From a phage: a DNA stretch of 64,000 nt. Location: NCBI GenBank assembly GCA_016390365.1, contig GCA_016390365.1_3043.1; one strand, 5' to 3'. The position numbers were made by a program, and so were the translations under genes. Within the stretch, counting starts at the first letter, position 1. Each line of letters begins with the position of its first letter. The notes below the pieces were generated by a model that was not told where the DNA came from, ran no database searches, and saw only the letters and a list, made by a program, of their open reading frames with translations. This document shows, piece after piece, positions 46,505 through 55,502 of the stretch.

Positions 46505-47343
46505 TTCAATTCGTAATTCCAAGCTATCAACGTGTAGGGGCAGTTTCTGCCCTTGATATGTTTCCGACTGATTATGAACCTCATATCGTAGTACGTGAAC
46601 ATGAAGAAAAAGCTTATTATGATGCCTATGGGTCTAGAGCTAAAATTATAACTATTCCTGATGATGTAAACGGAATTGCCGGTACTCGTAAAGCAATTAC
46701 TGATATGTATGCAGGTCAACGAATCTGGATGATTGACGATGATACTACTATTCGTATGAGTTTAATGCGAAAAAGAGATGACCGTCGTTGTGTAGATAAA
46801 GTCAATCAATTGACTCGTGAACAGTTCTATGAATTGATTCAATATGTTGAGGATGCCATGGATTGCGGGTATTATCATGGCCATGCTCGTCTACCAATTT
46901 TTAAAATTACTTCATCTTGGGGTAATTATCGTGAAAATTCATATGGATTTACGAATACATGGTATGACCTCGGAAAACTTACGACAGAACAAATTGGGTA
47001 TGGAAAAATTGATTTATGCGAAGATATGTATGCATTTCTCAATTTAATTAATCAAGGTTATCCGCATTTGGCCTTGTTCAAATATCTGGTTGTATCTGGA
47101 AAAGCACAAGCTCCTGGCGGGTGTAGTTCAATTCGTAGTAATTCTAAACATAATAGAGCGCTTGAGCAAATCAATAGAGAGTTTCCAGAGCAAGCTCGTT
47201 GGAAAACTTCTAATATCGAAAAACGAAAATCGTTGGGTGAAGAAGACGAGCCATTAAAGGTTCTTCGCATGTGTGTTTCGCGCAAAGAAAAATCAGAAGC
47301 ATTTCATAAGTTTAATGCTATTCATCCGATAGCAGTTGATTAA
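46501..47343 (+). CDS. GT-A-type glycosyltransferase at the beta-gt locus (not T4 beta-gt)
   Basis: ATG 46501 overlaps gene 42 stop; DxD-type motif IWMIDDDTTI; 280 aa, unlike the 351-aa T4 beta-gt. Confidence 0.55.
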   Translation: MIQFVIPSYQRVGAVSALDMFPTDYEPHIVVREHEEKAYYDAYGSRAKIITIPDDVNGIAGTRKAITDMYAGQRIWMIDDDTTIRMSLMRKRDDRRCVDKVNQLTREQFYELIQYVEDAMDCGYYHGHARLPIFKITSSWGNYRENSYGFTNTWYDLGKLTTEQIGYGKIDLCEDMYAFLNLINQGYPHLALFKYLVVSGKAQAPGGCSSIRSNSKHNRALEQINREFPEQARWKTSNIEKRKSLGEEDEPLKVLRMCVSRKEKSEAFHKFNAIHPIAVD

Positions 47344-47420
47344 TGCCTAAATTTATTGTGTTATAATTACTCTATCTTTAACCAGTGAGGAAAATATAAT
47401 GATGCCTATGGAAAAAATGA

Positions 47421-48602
47421 ATGTCTATTGCAGATTTAAAATCCCGTTTGATTAAAGCTTCCACTTCTAAAATGACTGCTGAACTGACTACATCTAAATT
47501 CTTTAATGAAAAGGATGTAATTCGTACAAAAATTCCAATGCTTAATATTGCTATTTCTGGTGCGATTGATGGCGGCATGCAGTCTGGTTTAACTATTTTC
47601 GCAGGGCCTTCTAAACACTTTAAATCAAATATGTCTTTGACTATGGTTGCGGCGTATTTGAACAAATATCCTGACGCGGTTTGTCTATTCTATGATAGTG
47701 AATTTGGTATTACTCCAGCTTATTTGCGATCCATGGGAGTTGACCCGGAACGAGTAATTCATACGCCAATCCAGTCAGTTGAACAGCTGAAAATTGATAT
47801 GGTGAATCAGCTTGAAGCTATTGAGCGCGGTGAAAAAGTTATTGTATTCATCGACTCAATTGGTAATATGGCTTCTAAGAAAGAAACGGAAGATGCCTTG
47901 AATGAAAAATCTGTGGCAGATATGACTCGTGCTAAATCACTGAAGTCATTATTCCGTATTGTTACTCCTTACTTTAGCATTAAAAATATTCCATGTGTTG
48001 CGGTTAACCATACAATTGAAACAATTGAAATGTTTAGTAAAACCGTGATGACAGGTGGTACAGGCGTAATGTATTCGGCTGATACCGTATTCATTATCGG
48101 TAAGCGTCAGATTAAAGATGGTTCTGATCTTCAGGGGTATCAATTTGTTCTAAATGTAGAAAAATCTCGTACCGTTAAAGAAAAAAGTAAATTCTTTATT
48201 GATGTTAAATTTGACGGTGGTATCGATCCTTATTCTGGATTGTTAGATATGGCTCTAGAATTAGGATTTGTAGTAAAACCTAAAAATGGCTGGTATGCTC
48301 GTGAATTTCTTGACGAAGAAACCGGCGAGATGATTCGCGAAGAAAAATCTTGGCGTGCAAAAGATACTAACTGCACTACATTCTGGGGTCCTTTATTTAA
48401 GCATCAACCATTCCGAGATGCTATTAAACGTGCTTATCAGTTAGGTGCTATTGATAGTAATGAAATTGTTGAAGCTGAAGTCGATGAATTGATTAACTCA
48501 AAGGTTGAAAAATTTAAATCTCCAGAAAGTAAAAGTAAATCAGCTGCTGATTTAGAAACTGACCTCGAGCAGTTAAGTGATATGGAAGAATTTAATGAAT
48601 AA
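47421..48602 (+). CDS. uvsX: RecA-like recombinase UvsX
   Basis: 393 aa; near-identical to T4 UvsX through the C-terminus ...LETDLEQLSDMEEFNE. Confidence 0.95.
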   Translation: MSIADLKSRLIKASTSKMTAELTTSKFFNEKDVIRTKIPMLNIAISGAIDGGMQSGLTIFAGPSKHFKSNMSLTMVAAYLNKYPDAVCLFYDSEFGITPAYLRSMGVDPERVIHTPIQSVEQLKIDMVNQLEAIERGEKVIVFIDSIGNMASKKETEDALNEKSVADMTRAKSLKSLFRIVTPYFSIKNIPCVAVNHTIETIEMFSKTVMTGGTGVMYSADTVFIIGKRQIKDGSDLQGYQFVLNVEKSRTVKEKSKFFIDVKFDGGIDPYSGLLDMALELGFVVKPKNGWYAREFLDEETGEMIREEKSWRAKDTNCTTFWGPLFKHQPFRDAIKRAYQLGAIDSNEIVEAEVDELINSKVEKFKSPESKSKSAADLETDLEQLSDMEEFNE

Positions 48603-48939
48603 AGATGATTTAGATTTAGATCTAGAAATTATCGATGAATCCCCCTCTTCGGAGGGGGAAGAAGAAAGAAAAGAACGTCTTTTTAATGAATCTCTTAAGA
48701 TAATTAAATCCGCTATGGAAAATGTTATCCAGGAGATTGTCATTAAACTAGAAGATGGTTCTACACATATAGTGTATGTAACTAAACTGGATTGGGTTGA
48801 TGGAAAGGTTGTAATGGACTTTGCTGTTCTTGACCAAGAAAGAAAAGCTGAGTTAGCTCCTCATGTAGAAAAATGTATTACAATGCAACTACAAGATGCA
48901 TTTAATAAAAGGTCAAAGAAAAAGTTTAAATTCTTTTAA
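48595..48939 (+). CDS. gene 40-like protein (by position)
   Basis: ATG 48595 (track start is GTG 48577); lies between uvsX and 41. Confidence 0.5.
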   Translation: MNKDDLDLDLEIIDESPSSEGEEERKERLFNESLKIIKSAMENVIQEIVIKLEDGSTHIVYVTKLDWVDGKVVMDFAVLDQERKAELAPHVEKCITMQLQDAFNKRSKKKFKFF

Positions 48940-48948
48940 GGAGTAAGT

Positions 48949-50376
48949 GTGGTAGAAATTATTCTTTCTCATCTTATATTTGATCAAGCTTATTTTTCAA
49001 AAGTTTGGCCATATATGGATTCAGAATATTTTGAAAGTGGTCCAGCTAAAAATACATTCAAATTAATTAAATCTCATGTTAATGAGTACCATAGCGTTCC
49101 ATCTATTAATGCGTTAAATGTTGCATTAGAAAATAGTTCATTTACTGAAACAGAATATTCTGGTGTAAAAACACTTATTTCGAAACTAGCCGATTCTCCA
49201 GAAGACCATAGCTGGTTAGTAAAAGAAACAGAAAAATATGTTCAGCAAAGGGCGATGTTTAATGCTACGTCTAAAATAATTGAAATTCAAACTAATGCTG
49301 AGCTTCCTCCGGAAAAACGAAATAAGAAAATGCCAGATGTAGGTGCTATTCCTGACATCATGCGCCAAGCATTATCAATTTCATTTGATAGTTACGTTGG
49401 TCATGATTGGATGGATGACTACGAAGCACGTTGGCTATCTTATATGAATAAAGCTCGTAAGGTTCCATTTAGACTCAAAATTCTAAATAAAATTACTAAA
49501 GGTGGAGCTGAAACTGGAACACTGAACGTTTTAATGGCTGGTGTTAACGTCGGTAAGTCATTAGGTCTGTGTTCATTGGCAGCAGATTATTTGCAGCTCG
49601 GACATAATGTTCTTTACATTTCCATGGAAATGGCAGAAGAAGTCTGTGCTAAGCGTATTGATGCTAATATGCTTGATGTTTCTCTTGATGACATTGATGA
49701 CGGGCATATTTCTTACGCTGAGTATAAAGGAAAAATGGAAAAATGGCGCGAGAAATCTACTCTCGGTCGTTTAATAGTTAAACAGTATCCTACTGGTGGA
49801 GCAGATGCTAATACATTTCGATCGCTTTTAAACGAATTAAAGCTCAAGAAGAATTTTGTTCCAACAATCATTATTGTCGACTATCTGGGTATTTGTAAAT
49901 CTTGCCGCATTAGAGTTTACTCAGAAAATAGTTACACAACTGTTAAAGCCATTGCAGAGGAATTACGTGCTCTTGCTGTTGAAACCGAAACTGTTCTTTG
50001 GACTGCAGCACAGGTTGGTAAACAAGCTTGGGATTCTTCTGATGTTAACATGAGCGATATTGCAGAATCTGCCGGTCTTCCAGCAACAGCTGATTTTATG
50101 CTTGCGGTCATTGAAACCGAGGAGTTAGCAGCTGCTGAACAACAACTTATTAAGCAAATCAAATCACGATATGGTGATAAGAATAAATGGAATAAGTTTT
50201 TGATGGGTGTTCAAAAAGGAAATCAGAAATGGGTAGAAATTGAACAAGATTCTACTCCAACTGAAGTGATTGAGGTAGCAGGTTCACAACAGATACAAGC
50301 TGAACAGAATCGCTATCAAAGAAATGAATCGACTCGAGCTCAGTTAGATGCTTTGGCAAATGAATTAAAATTTTAG
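48949..50376 (+). CDS. 41: replicative DNA helicase gp41
   Basis: 475 aa; GTG start after AAGGAG; Walker A GVNVGKS; matches T4 gp41. Confidence 0.95.
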   Translation: MVEIILSHLIFDQAYFSKVWPYMDSEYFESGPAKNTFKLIKSHVNEYHSVPSINALNVALENSSFTETEYSGVKTLISKLADSPEDHSWLVKETEKYVQQRAMFNATSKIIEIQTNAELPPEKRNKKMPDVGAIPDIMRQALSISFDSYVGHDWMDDYEARWLSYMNKARKVPFRLKILNKITKGGAETGTLNVLMAGVNVGKSLGLCSLAADYLQLGHNVLYISMEMAEEVCAKRIDANMLDVSLDDIDDGHISYAEYKGKMEKWREKSTLGRLIVKQYPTGGADANTFRSLLNELKLKKNFVPTIIIVDYLGICKSCRIRVYSENSYTTVKAIAEELRALAVETETVLWTAAQVGKQAWDSSDVNMSDIAESAGLPATADFMLAVIETEELAAAEQQLIKQIKSRYGDKNKWNKFLMGVQKGNQKWVEIEQDSTPTEVIEVAGSQQIQAEQNRYQRNESTRAQLDALANELKF

Positions 50377-50405
50377 TTTACAAGCTGACAAGACTATGGT
50401 ATAGT
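50376..50405 (+). promoter_or_regulatory. early promoter with stem-loop around the -10
   Basis: -35 GTTTAC 50376-50381, 18 nt spacer, -10 TATAGT; inverted repeat CAAGACT/AGTCTTG flanks the -10. Confidence 0.55.
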
Positions 50406-50434
50406 AGTCTTGTTGGTTAAATGAGGAGATTGTT

Positions 50435-50617
50435 ATGGAATTGGTAAAGGTAGTTTTTATGGGGTGGTTTAAGAATGAAAGCATGTTTACTAAAGAAACC
50501 ACAATGATGAAAGATGACGTTCAATGGGCTACTACTCAATATGCTGAAGTTAATAAAGCATTAGTTAAAGCTTTCATTGATGACAAGAAAGTATGTGAAG
50601 TTGATTGCCGAGGATAA
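50435..50617 (+). CDS. dmd: Dmd, antitoxin against host RnlA/LsoA RNases
   Basis: 60 aa; MELVKVVFMGWFKNESMFTKE... matches T4 Dmd as I recall. Confidence 0.8.
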   Translation: MELVKVVFMGWFKNESMFTKETTMMKDDVQWATTQYAEVNKALVKAFIDDKKVCEVDCRG

Positions 50618-50618
50618 T

Positions 50619-50876
50619 ATGCATATTGTTTTATTTAAACCTACACCGTATAACATCAGGAAAAATACTCAATTCAAAGCACTTATTGCAGATACGTGGG
50701 AATTGGTGTTAGATATTCCACCAGAAGAAAGTCCTCCATCTGGTCGAGTGGAATTTATTAAGTTTGCTGTACGTCCTACGAAGCGACAGATTCGCCAATG
50801 CAAAAGATACTTTCGTAAAATCGTCAAGCTAGAGAAACAGTTTGTAACATGTGATTACGCAGAAGTTTTAAAATAA
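50619..50876 (+). CDS. 85-aa basic protein at the T4 61.4 position
   Basis: ATG 50619 after GAGGA (track start 50577); directly follows dmd. Confidence 0.5.
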   Translation: MHIVLFKPTPYNIRKNTQFKALIADTWELVLDIPPEESPPSGRVEFIKFAVRPTKRQIRQCKRYFRKIVKLEKQFVTCDYAEVLK

Positions 50877-50936
50877 CTATTTACTTTTGTTGGAAATTGA
50901 GATATTATATAAACATAAACTACCGAGGAGATTATC

Positions 50937-51230
50937 ATGAAAAAATTTATCTTTGCTGCAATTTTTGCTTTAGCTTCTTGCGCTGCTCAACCTGCCATGG
51001 CAGGCTATGATAAAGATTTGTGCGAATGGTCTATGACTGCGGATCAGACTGAGGTTGAAACTCAAATTGAAGCAGATATTATGAATATCGTTGAGCGCGA
51101 TCGCCCCGAAATGAAAGCTGAAGTGCAAAAACAGCTTAAGTCTGGTGGTGTAATGCAGTATAATTATGTTCTGTATTGCGATAAAAACTTTAATAATAAA
51201 AATATCGTAACCGAAATCACAGGCGAATAA
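50937..51230 (+). CDS. sp: Spackle, periplasmic superinfection-exclusion protein
   Basis: 97 aa; signal peptide MKKFIFAAIFALASCAAQPAMA; matches T4 Sp as I recall. Confidence 0.8.
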   Translation: MKKFIFAAIFALASCAAQPAMAGYDKDLCEWSMTADQTEVETQIEADIMNIVERDRPEMKAEVQKQLKSGGVMQYNYVLYCDKNFNNKNIVTEITGE

Positions 51231-51231
51231 T

Positions 51232-51864
51232 ATGATTTATTATATGCACAAAAATCCACCGTTTAAATACGGTAAATTTCCTGATGCACAATGTTATAAT
51301 ATAACGCCTGATGAAAATAACCGTGGATATCTTATTGGCACAATTTTTGTAATTGTTAAAGATAACGAAATCGTTGCCTGGGCAGATTTTAAAGGTACAA
51401 CATATGATGTTAATCCGGTGCCTTTCACATATTACAATTTAATGGATTTGGCATACGATTATAATTGGTTTAATCATGATACTTTGGCTCATATTGAAGG
51501 TGTAGGATTTGATATTTCATATTCGGAATACACTTTAAGCCCTATGAGTCGAGCCCATAAAGAACCTGAATATTTTTCATTTAGGAAACGTGTAAACTTT
51601 AAACGCAGCACAGAGTATGTCGGTGGAATTTTTGTTAAAGATAATCGAATTATTCGTATTAATTATCCTTTGAGCGTTAGTCAAAAAGATATTGATGTTG
51701 ATTTAGATTTCACTGAAAATAATATTAATAATATTGCTTCTGTGTATTTTGGTATCGATCACAAAATTGTAATATGTGGATATGAATTACCGTTTGAAGA
51801 ACAGCCTAAAGTAAAAGTTTCTATTGACGATCAAATTTTTAATGCTTTTATGAATAAAGGTTAA
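51232..51864 (+). CDS. hypothetical protein (T4 61.2 position)
   Basis: Track ORF; C-terminus SIDDQIFNAFMNKG. Confidence 0.55.
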   Translation: MIYYMHKNPPFKYGKFPDAQCYNITPDENNRGYLIGTIFVIVKDNEIVAWADFKGTTYDVNPVPFTYYNLMDLAYDYNWFNHDTLAHIEGVGFDISYSEYTLSPMSRAHKEPEYFSFRKRVNFKRSTEYVGGIFVKDNRIIRINYPLSVSQKDIDVDLDFTENNINNIASVYFGIDHKIVICGYELPFEEQPKVKVSIDDQIFNAFMNKG

Positions 51865-51865
51865 T

Positions 51866-52222
51866 ATGTATAGTTCTGAATTTTCATATTTAAAAATGGA
51901 AAAAATTTCATACGATTTTATAGATGAAAAGGTTTATTACAGTTTCCATGAACCGCGTTTTAATAGTGAGGTTGGGTTTATTGTAGTAAAAGACAATTTC
52001 ATTTTAAAGATATATTCGGCATTAAAGGATTTTCACTACGAAAATATTAACCTAAAATTTGATAAAGAAAACGTTCGTAATTGTGCAGTAACAATTACAG
52101 GAAATAAAGGTGCATGTGTTATGCTATCTGATGAAATTAATGATTTGCTAAATGATGCAGAAAATATTACTGCGCCATCTATTGATGACCAAATTTTTAA
52201 TGCTTTTATGAATAGAGGTTAA
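51866..52222 (+). CDS. hypothetical protein (T4 61.1 position)
   Basis: Track ORF; C-terminus SIDDQIFNAFMNRG. Confidence 0.55.
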   Translation: MYSSEFSYLKMEKISYDFIDEKVYYSFHEPRFNSEVGFIVVKDNFILKIYSALKDFHYENINLKFDKENVRNCAVTITGNKGACVMLSDEINDLLNDAENITAPSIDDQIFNAFMNRG

Positions 52223-52223
52223 T

Positions 52224-52388
52224 ATGAAAACATATAAAGAATTTATCAAAGAAGATATGGTTGCTGGAGATTCAGGTGGTAATCCTGAAAATATCTCTAC
52301 TGGAACAGCGTCAGGCGCTGTAGTAAATAAAGGCCCTGAACAGATTTCTAAAAAGAAAAAAGAGGAATCTAAAGAAAAAGAAGAGTAA
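52224..52388 (+). CDS. 54-aa peptide with capsid-targeting-like N-terminus
   Basis: ATG 52224; MKTYKEFIKEDMVAG... resembles the IP targeting sequence MKTYQEFIAE; Lys/Glu-rich tail. Confidence 0.45.
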   Translation: MKTYKEFIKEDMVAGDSGGNPENISTGTASGAVVNKGPEQISKKKKEESKEKEE

Positions 52389-52390
52389 AA

Positions 52391-53419
52391 ATGTCATCAA
52401 TACCTTGGATTGATAATGAGTTTGCGTATCGTGCATTAGCTCATTTACCTAAATTCACACAAGTAAATAATAGTTCAACTTTTAAATTACGGTTTAGATG
52501 CCCAGTGTGTGGAGATTCAAAAACCGACCAGAATAAAGCCCGTGGATGGTATTATGGTGATAATAATGAAGGAAATATTCATTGTTATAACTGTAACTAT
52601 CATGCACCAATCGGAATATATTTAAAGGAGTTTGAACCCGATTTATATCGTGAGTATATCTTTGAAATAAGAAAAGAAAAAGGTAAAAGTCGTCCAGTAG
52701 AAAAACCTAAAGAACTTCCTAAACAACCTGAGAAGAAAATAATTAAATCTCTTCCGTCATGTGTTAGATTAGATAAACTGGCGGAAGACCATCCAATTAT
52801 AAAATATGTAAAAGCTCGTTGTATTCCAAAGGATAAATGGAAATATCTTTGGTTTACAACTGAATGGCCTAAATTAGTTAATAGTATAGCTCCAGGAACA
52901 TATAAAAAGGAAACACCTGAGCCTCGTCTTGTTATTCCAATTTATAATGCTAACGGAAAAGCTGAGTCTTTTCAAGGACGTGCATTAAAGAAAGATGCTC
53001 CTCAAAAATATATCACCATCAAAGCTTATCCTGAGGCAACAAAAATCTATGGAGTCGAACGAGTCAAAGATGGTGATGTATATGTTCTAGAAGGACCTAT
53101 AGATTCGCTTTTTATTGAAAATGGTATAGCTATTACAGGTGGTCAATTAGACCTAGAAGTTGTTCCATTTAAAGATAGACGTGTGTGGGTTTTAGATAAT
53201 GAACCTCGTCATCCTGACACTATTAAGCGAATGACTAAATTAGTTGATGCAGGAGAAAGGGTTATGTTTTGGGATAAATCTCCCTGGAAATCAAAAGATG
53301 TTAATGATATGATTAGAAAGGAAGGTGCAACCACTGAACAAATTATGGAATATATGAAAAATAATATTGCTCAGGGGTTGATGGCTAAAATGCGGTTATC
53401 TAAATATGCTAAGATTTAA
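52391..53419 (+). CDS. 61: DNA primase gp61
   Basis: 342 aa; zinc ribbon CPVCGDS...CYNC and TOPRIM-like region. Confidence 0.9.
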   Translation: MSSIPWIDNEFAYRALAHLPKFTQVNNSSTFKLRFRCPVCGDSKTDQNKARGWYYGDNNEGNIHCYNCNYHAPIGIYLKEFEPDLYREYIFEIRKEKGKSRPVEKPKELPKQPEKKIIKSLPSCVRLDKLAEDHPIIKYVKARCIPKDKWKYLWFTTEWPKLVNSIAPGTYKKETPEPRLVIPIYNANGKAESFQGRALKKDAPQKYITIKAYPEATKIYGVERVKDGDVYVLEGPIDSLFIENGIAITGGQLDLEVVPFKDRRVWVLDNEPRHPDTIKRMTKLVDAGERVMFWDKSPWKSKDVNDMIRKEGATTEQIMEYMKNNIAQGLMAKMRLSKYAKI

Positions 53420-53541
53420 ATTAACCCAACTAAAGCGAATGCTAAATCTACGAATGTATCAAGAGTAACTACTGGAATATTAATACCATGTGCAATTGCA
53501 ACAGGTGATAAAATAAAGTTCCAGAGTAAAATTCCTACCAT
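53416..53541 (-). CDS. possible 41-aa hydrophobic peptide on the minus strand
   Basis: ATG at 53541-53539 (complement), stop at 53418-53416; MVGILLWNFILSPVAIAHGINIPVVTLDTFVDLAFALVGLI; no RBS. Confidence 0.2.
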   Translation of the reverse strand: MVGILLWNFILSPVAIAHGINIPVVTLDTFVDLAFALVGLI

Positions 53542-53626
53542 AGCAGAAATAGTAAAAGCTATACGCTTTTTATTACCTTTATGGCATTAACAAGTGCCAT
53601 TAATTTTTGTACCATGTGTCCTCCTT

Positions 53627-53652
53627 ATTGCTTTATATATTTATTGTATAAT
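53627..53652 (+). promoter_or_regulatory. middle (MotA-dependent) promoter
   Basis: MotA box ATTGCTTTA 53627-53635, 11 nt spacer, -10 TATAAT 53647-53652. Confidence 0.55.
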
Positions 53653-53686
53653 TAATCTACTAACCCATGAATTGAAAGGAAAAATA

Positions 53687-54205
53687 ATGGCATACTTTAA
53701 TGAATGTTCACAACTGATTGAAGGCGCTGATAAAGCTCAAAATGAATACTGGGATATTCTCGGTGATGAAAAAGACCCGTTGCAAGTTATGCTTGATATG
53801 CAGAAATCTCTGCAGGTTCGTTTAGCTAAAGATAAACCTGAATATAACCGTCATCCTGATGATTTGGCTACTGCGGGTGAAGTTGTTGATTGGCTGCGTA
53901 ATCAGAAAGATTATATTGATGATGAATTCCGCGAACTATTGACTTCTCTTGGTGGTATGAGCAATGGTGAAAAAGATGCATCTGCTGTATGGAAGCCTTG
54001 GAAAGCTCAACATGGTGAACGACGTGAAACTCTGATTACTGATTTGTCTCCACAAGACCAGTTGGAAATTAAATTCGAAATGATTGATATTCTTCATTTC
54101 GTTCTGAACATGTTCCAAGGCCTCGGTCTTACGGCTGAAGAAATCTTTAAACTTTATTATCTGAAAAATGCTGAAAACTTCGCTCGTCAAGACCGAGGTT
54201 ATTAA
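53687..54205 (+). CDS. 56: dCTP/dCDP pyrophosphatase gp56
   Basis: ATG 53687 after AGGA (track ORF begins upstream at 53594); MAYFNECSQLIEGADKAQNEYWDILGDEKDPLQVMLDMQ... matches T4 gp56. Confidence 0.85.
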   Translation: MAYFNECSQLIEGADKAQNEYWDILGDEKDPLQVMLDMQKSLQVRLAKDKPEYNRHPDDLATAGEVVDWLRNQKDYIDDEFRELLTSLGGMSNGEKDASAVWKPWKAQHGERRETLITDLSPQDQLEIKFEMIDILHFVLNMFQGLGLTAEEIFKLYYLKNAENFARQDRGY

Positions 54206-54405
54206 TGGCTCGTTTAAATAAACGCCAGCTTAAGAAAGCCCACAAGAAACGTATTGACCAGCTATTTAAAAATTATGACAAGGAGCTCACATACGAGCTC
54301 TTATCTAATCAGCTTCGTGTAGTTGATTGGGGTGTAGAAGAAGGTCTTGATGAAATTTTTGTCAGTAAAGAAGCCTTAAAATTAATTATAGAGCATTCAA
54401 AATGA
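54205..54405 (+). CDS. hypothetical basic protein
   Basis: Track ORF; TAATG overlap. Confidence 0.5.
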   Translation: MARLNKRQLKKAHKKRIDQLFKNYDKELTYELLSNQLRVVDWGVEEGLDEIFVSKEALKLIIEHSK

Positions 54406-54575
54406 AAATATCCAAAGAAGAATTTATTAGACGACAAAAAGCTTTAATTAATTTATACGAGTGGTATGCCTATCAACTTAAAGTAGATAGCTCTAATATA
54501 AATGCTGTAATGGCTTTATATAAACAAATTCAAGATGAACACGAATTCCTGGCACAAGTTTTCATTGAAGACTGA
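54402..54575 (+). CDS. hypothetical small protein (57 aa)
   Basis: ATGA overlap; below track cutoff. Confidence 0.4.
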   Translation: MKISKEEFIRRQKALINLYEWYAYQLKVDSSNINAVMALYKQIQDEHEFLAQVFIED

Positions 54576-54583
54576 TATAAATA
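54576..54583 (+). promoter_or_regulatory. late promoter TATAAATA
   Basis: Exact TATAAATA 32 nt upstream of the soc ATG. Confidence 0.55.
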
Positions 54584-54614
54584 CACCTGTAATTAAACAA
54601 TAAAGGAGTTTATT

Positions 54615-54851
54615 ATGGGTGGTTTCGTTAACATCAAGACCTTTACTCATCCAGCAGGTGAAGGCAAAGAAGTTAAAGGTATGGAAGTTTCTGTAGCATT
54701 TGATGTATATTCAAATGAACACCGTATTGCAGATTCTCATTATCAAATCTTTCCGTCAGAAAAAGCAGCTTATTCTGATGTAGTTTCCGATGCAACAACT
54801 TGGAAAACTAAGAATGCTGCAATGTTTACGCCTACAGAAATAGGTGGTTAA
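54615..54851 (+). CDS. soc: small outer capsid protein
   Basis: 78 aa; YVNIKTF...VSVAF...HYQIFPSEKAAYS resembles T4 Soc. Confidence 0.75.
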   Translation: MGGFVNIKTFTHPAGEGKEVKGMEVSVAFDVYSNEHRIADSHYQIFPSEKAAYSDVVSDATTWKTKNAAMFTPTEIGG

Positions 54852-54857
54852 TAATTC

Positions 54858-54883
54858 AAGGACTCCTTCGGGAGTCCTTTTTT
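54858..54883 (+). terminator. intrinsic terminator
   Basis: AAGGACTCC-TTCG-GGAGTCCTT then T-run. Confidence 0.75.
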
Positions 54884-54893
54884 CATTTTACCG

Positions 54894-54923
54894 GTTTACT
54901 TTCCAAAATGAGTATGGTATAAT
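54894..54923 (+). promoter_or_regulatory. early promoter
   Basis: -35 GTTTAC 54894-54899, 18 nt spacer, extended -10 TATGGTATAAT. Confidence 0.6.
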
Positions 54924-54949
54924 AGAATTATCTTATAGAGGAGAGCACT

Positions 54950-55156
54950 ATGTTAAATCGCTGGATTAAACCAAATGAAGATTTAGATATTATCATTTCA
55001 CGGCATGTAATGAAGAAATATGAACTACAGCCATGGTCTACAGAAGTTGTTGTGCATTCATTTATGATGTACGCAGATGGTTCTGTTGAATTTAATGCAG
55101 AGATTCGATATGATTATGGCGAGAAGCAAGTTGAATTCAAAAGAGGCTTTTTGTAA
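54950..55156 (+). CDS. hypothetical protein
   Basis: GAGGAG RBS; track ORF. Confidence 0.55.
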   Translation: MLNRWIKPNEDLDIIISRHVMKKYELQPWSTEVVVHSFMMYADGSVEFNAEIRYDYGEKQVEFKRGFL

Positions 55157-55494
55157 TGTTTATCTTTAATTGGTTTAAAAGTTTCTTTACGGATTTTTTC
55201 TCTACAACTCCCGGAGAAGGTGTAGTTCCTATTTCAAATGACTACCTTCCTTTAACTGTAGTTGAATATGTTTATATGGGAGATGGAACAGTAGAAGCGG
55301 TTACTATGACTTATGAAGAAGCCCAGGAATATTATAAAAATCCTTGGCGTTGGTCAACACCTACATCATCTAATACGCAGAATACACAGCCTAGTTCTGA
55401 TTCATATGACACTAATGTTCCTGTTCATGTATGGACGGGCGATTCATGTGGAAGTTCTTGTGATTCTAGTTGTTCATCTACATCTTGTGATTGA
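55156..55494 (+). CDS. hypothetical Ser/Cys-rich protein
   Basis: Track ORF; C-terminus [16 protein letters not shown]. Confidence 0.5.
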   Translation: MFIFNWFKSFFTDFFSTTPGEGVVPISNDYLPLTVVEYVYMGDGTVEAVTMTYEEAQEYYKNPWRWSTPTSSNTQNTQPSSDSYDTNVPVHVWTGDSCGSSCDSSCSSTSCD

Positions 55495-55502
55495 GGAAAA
55501 TT

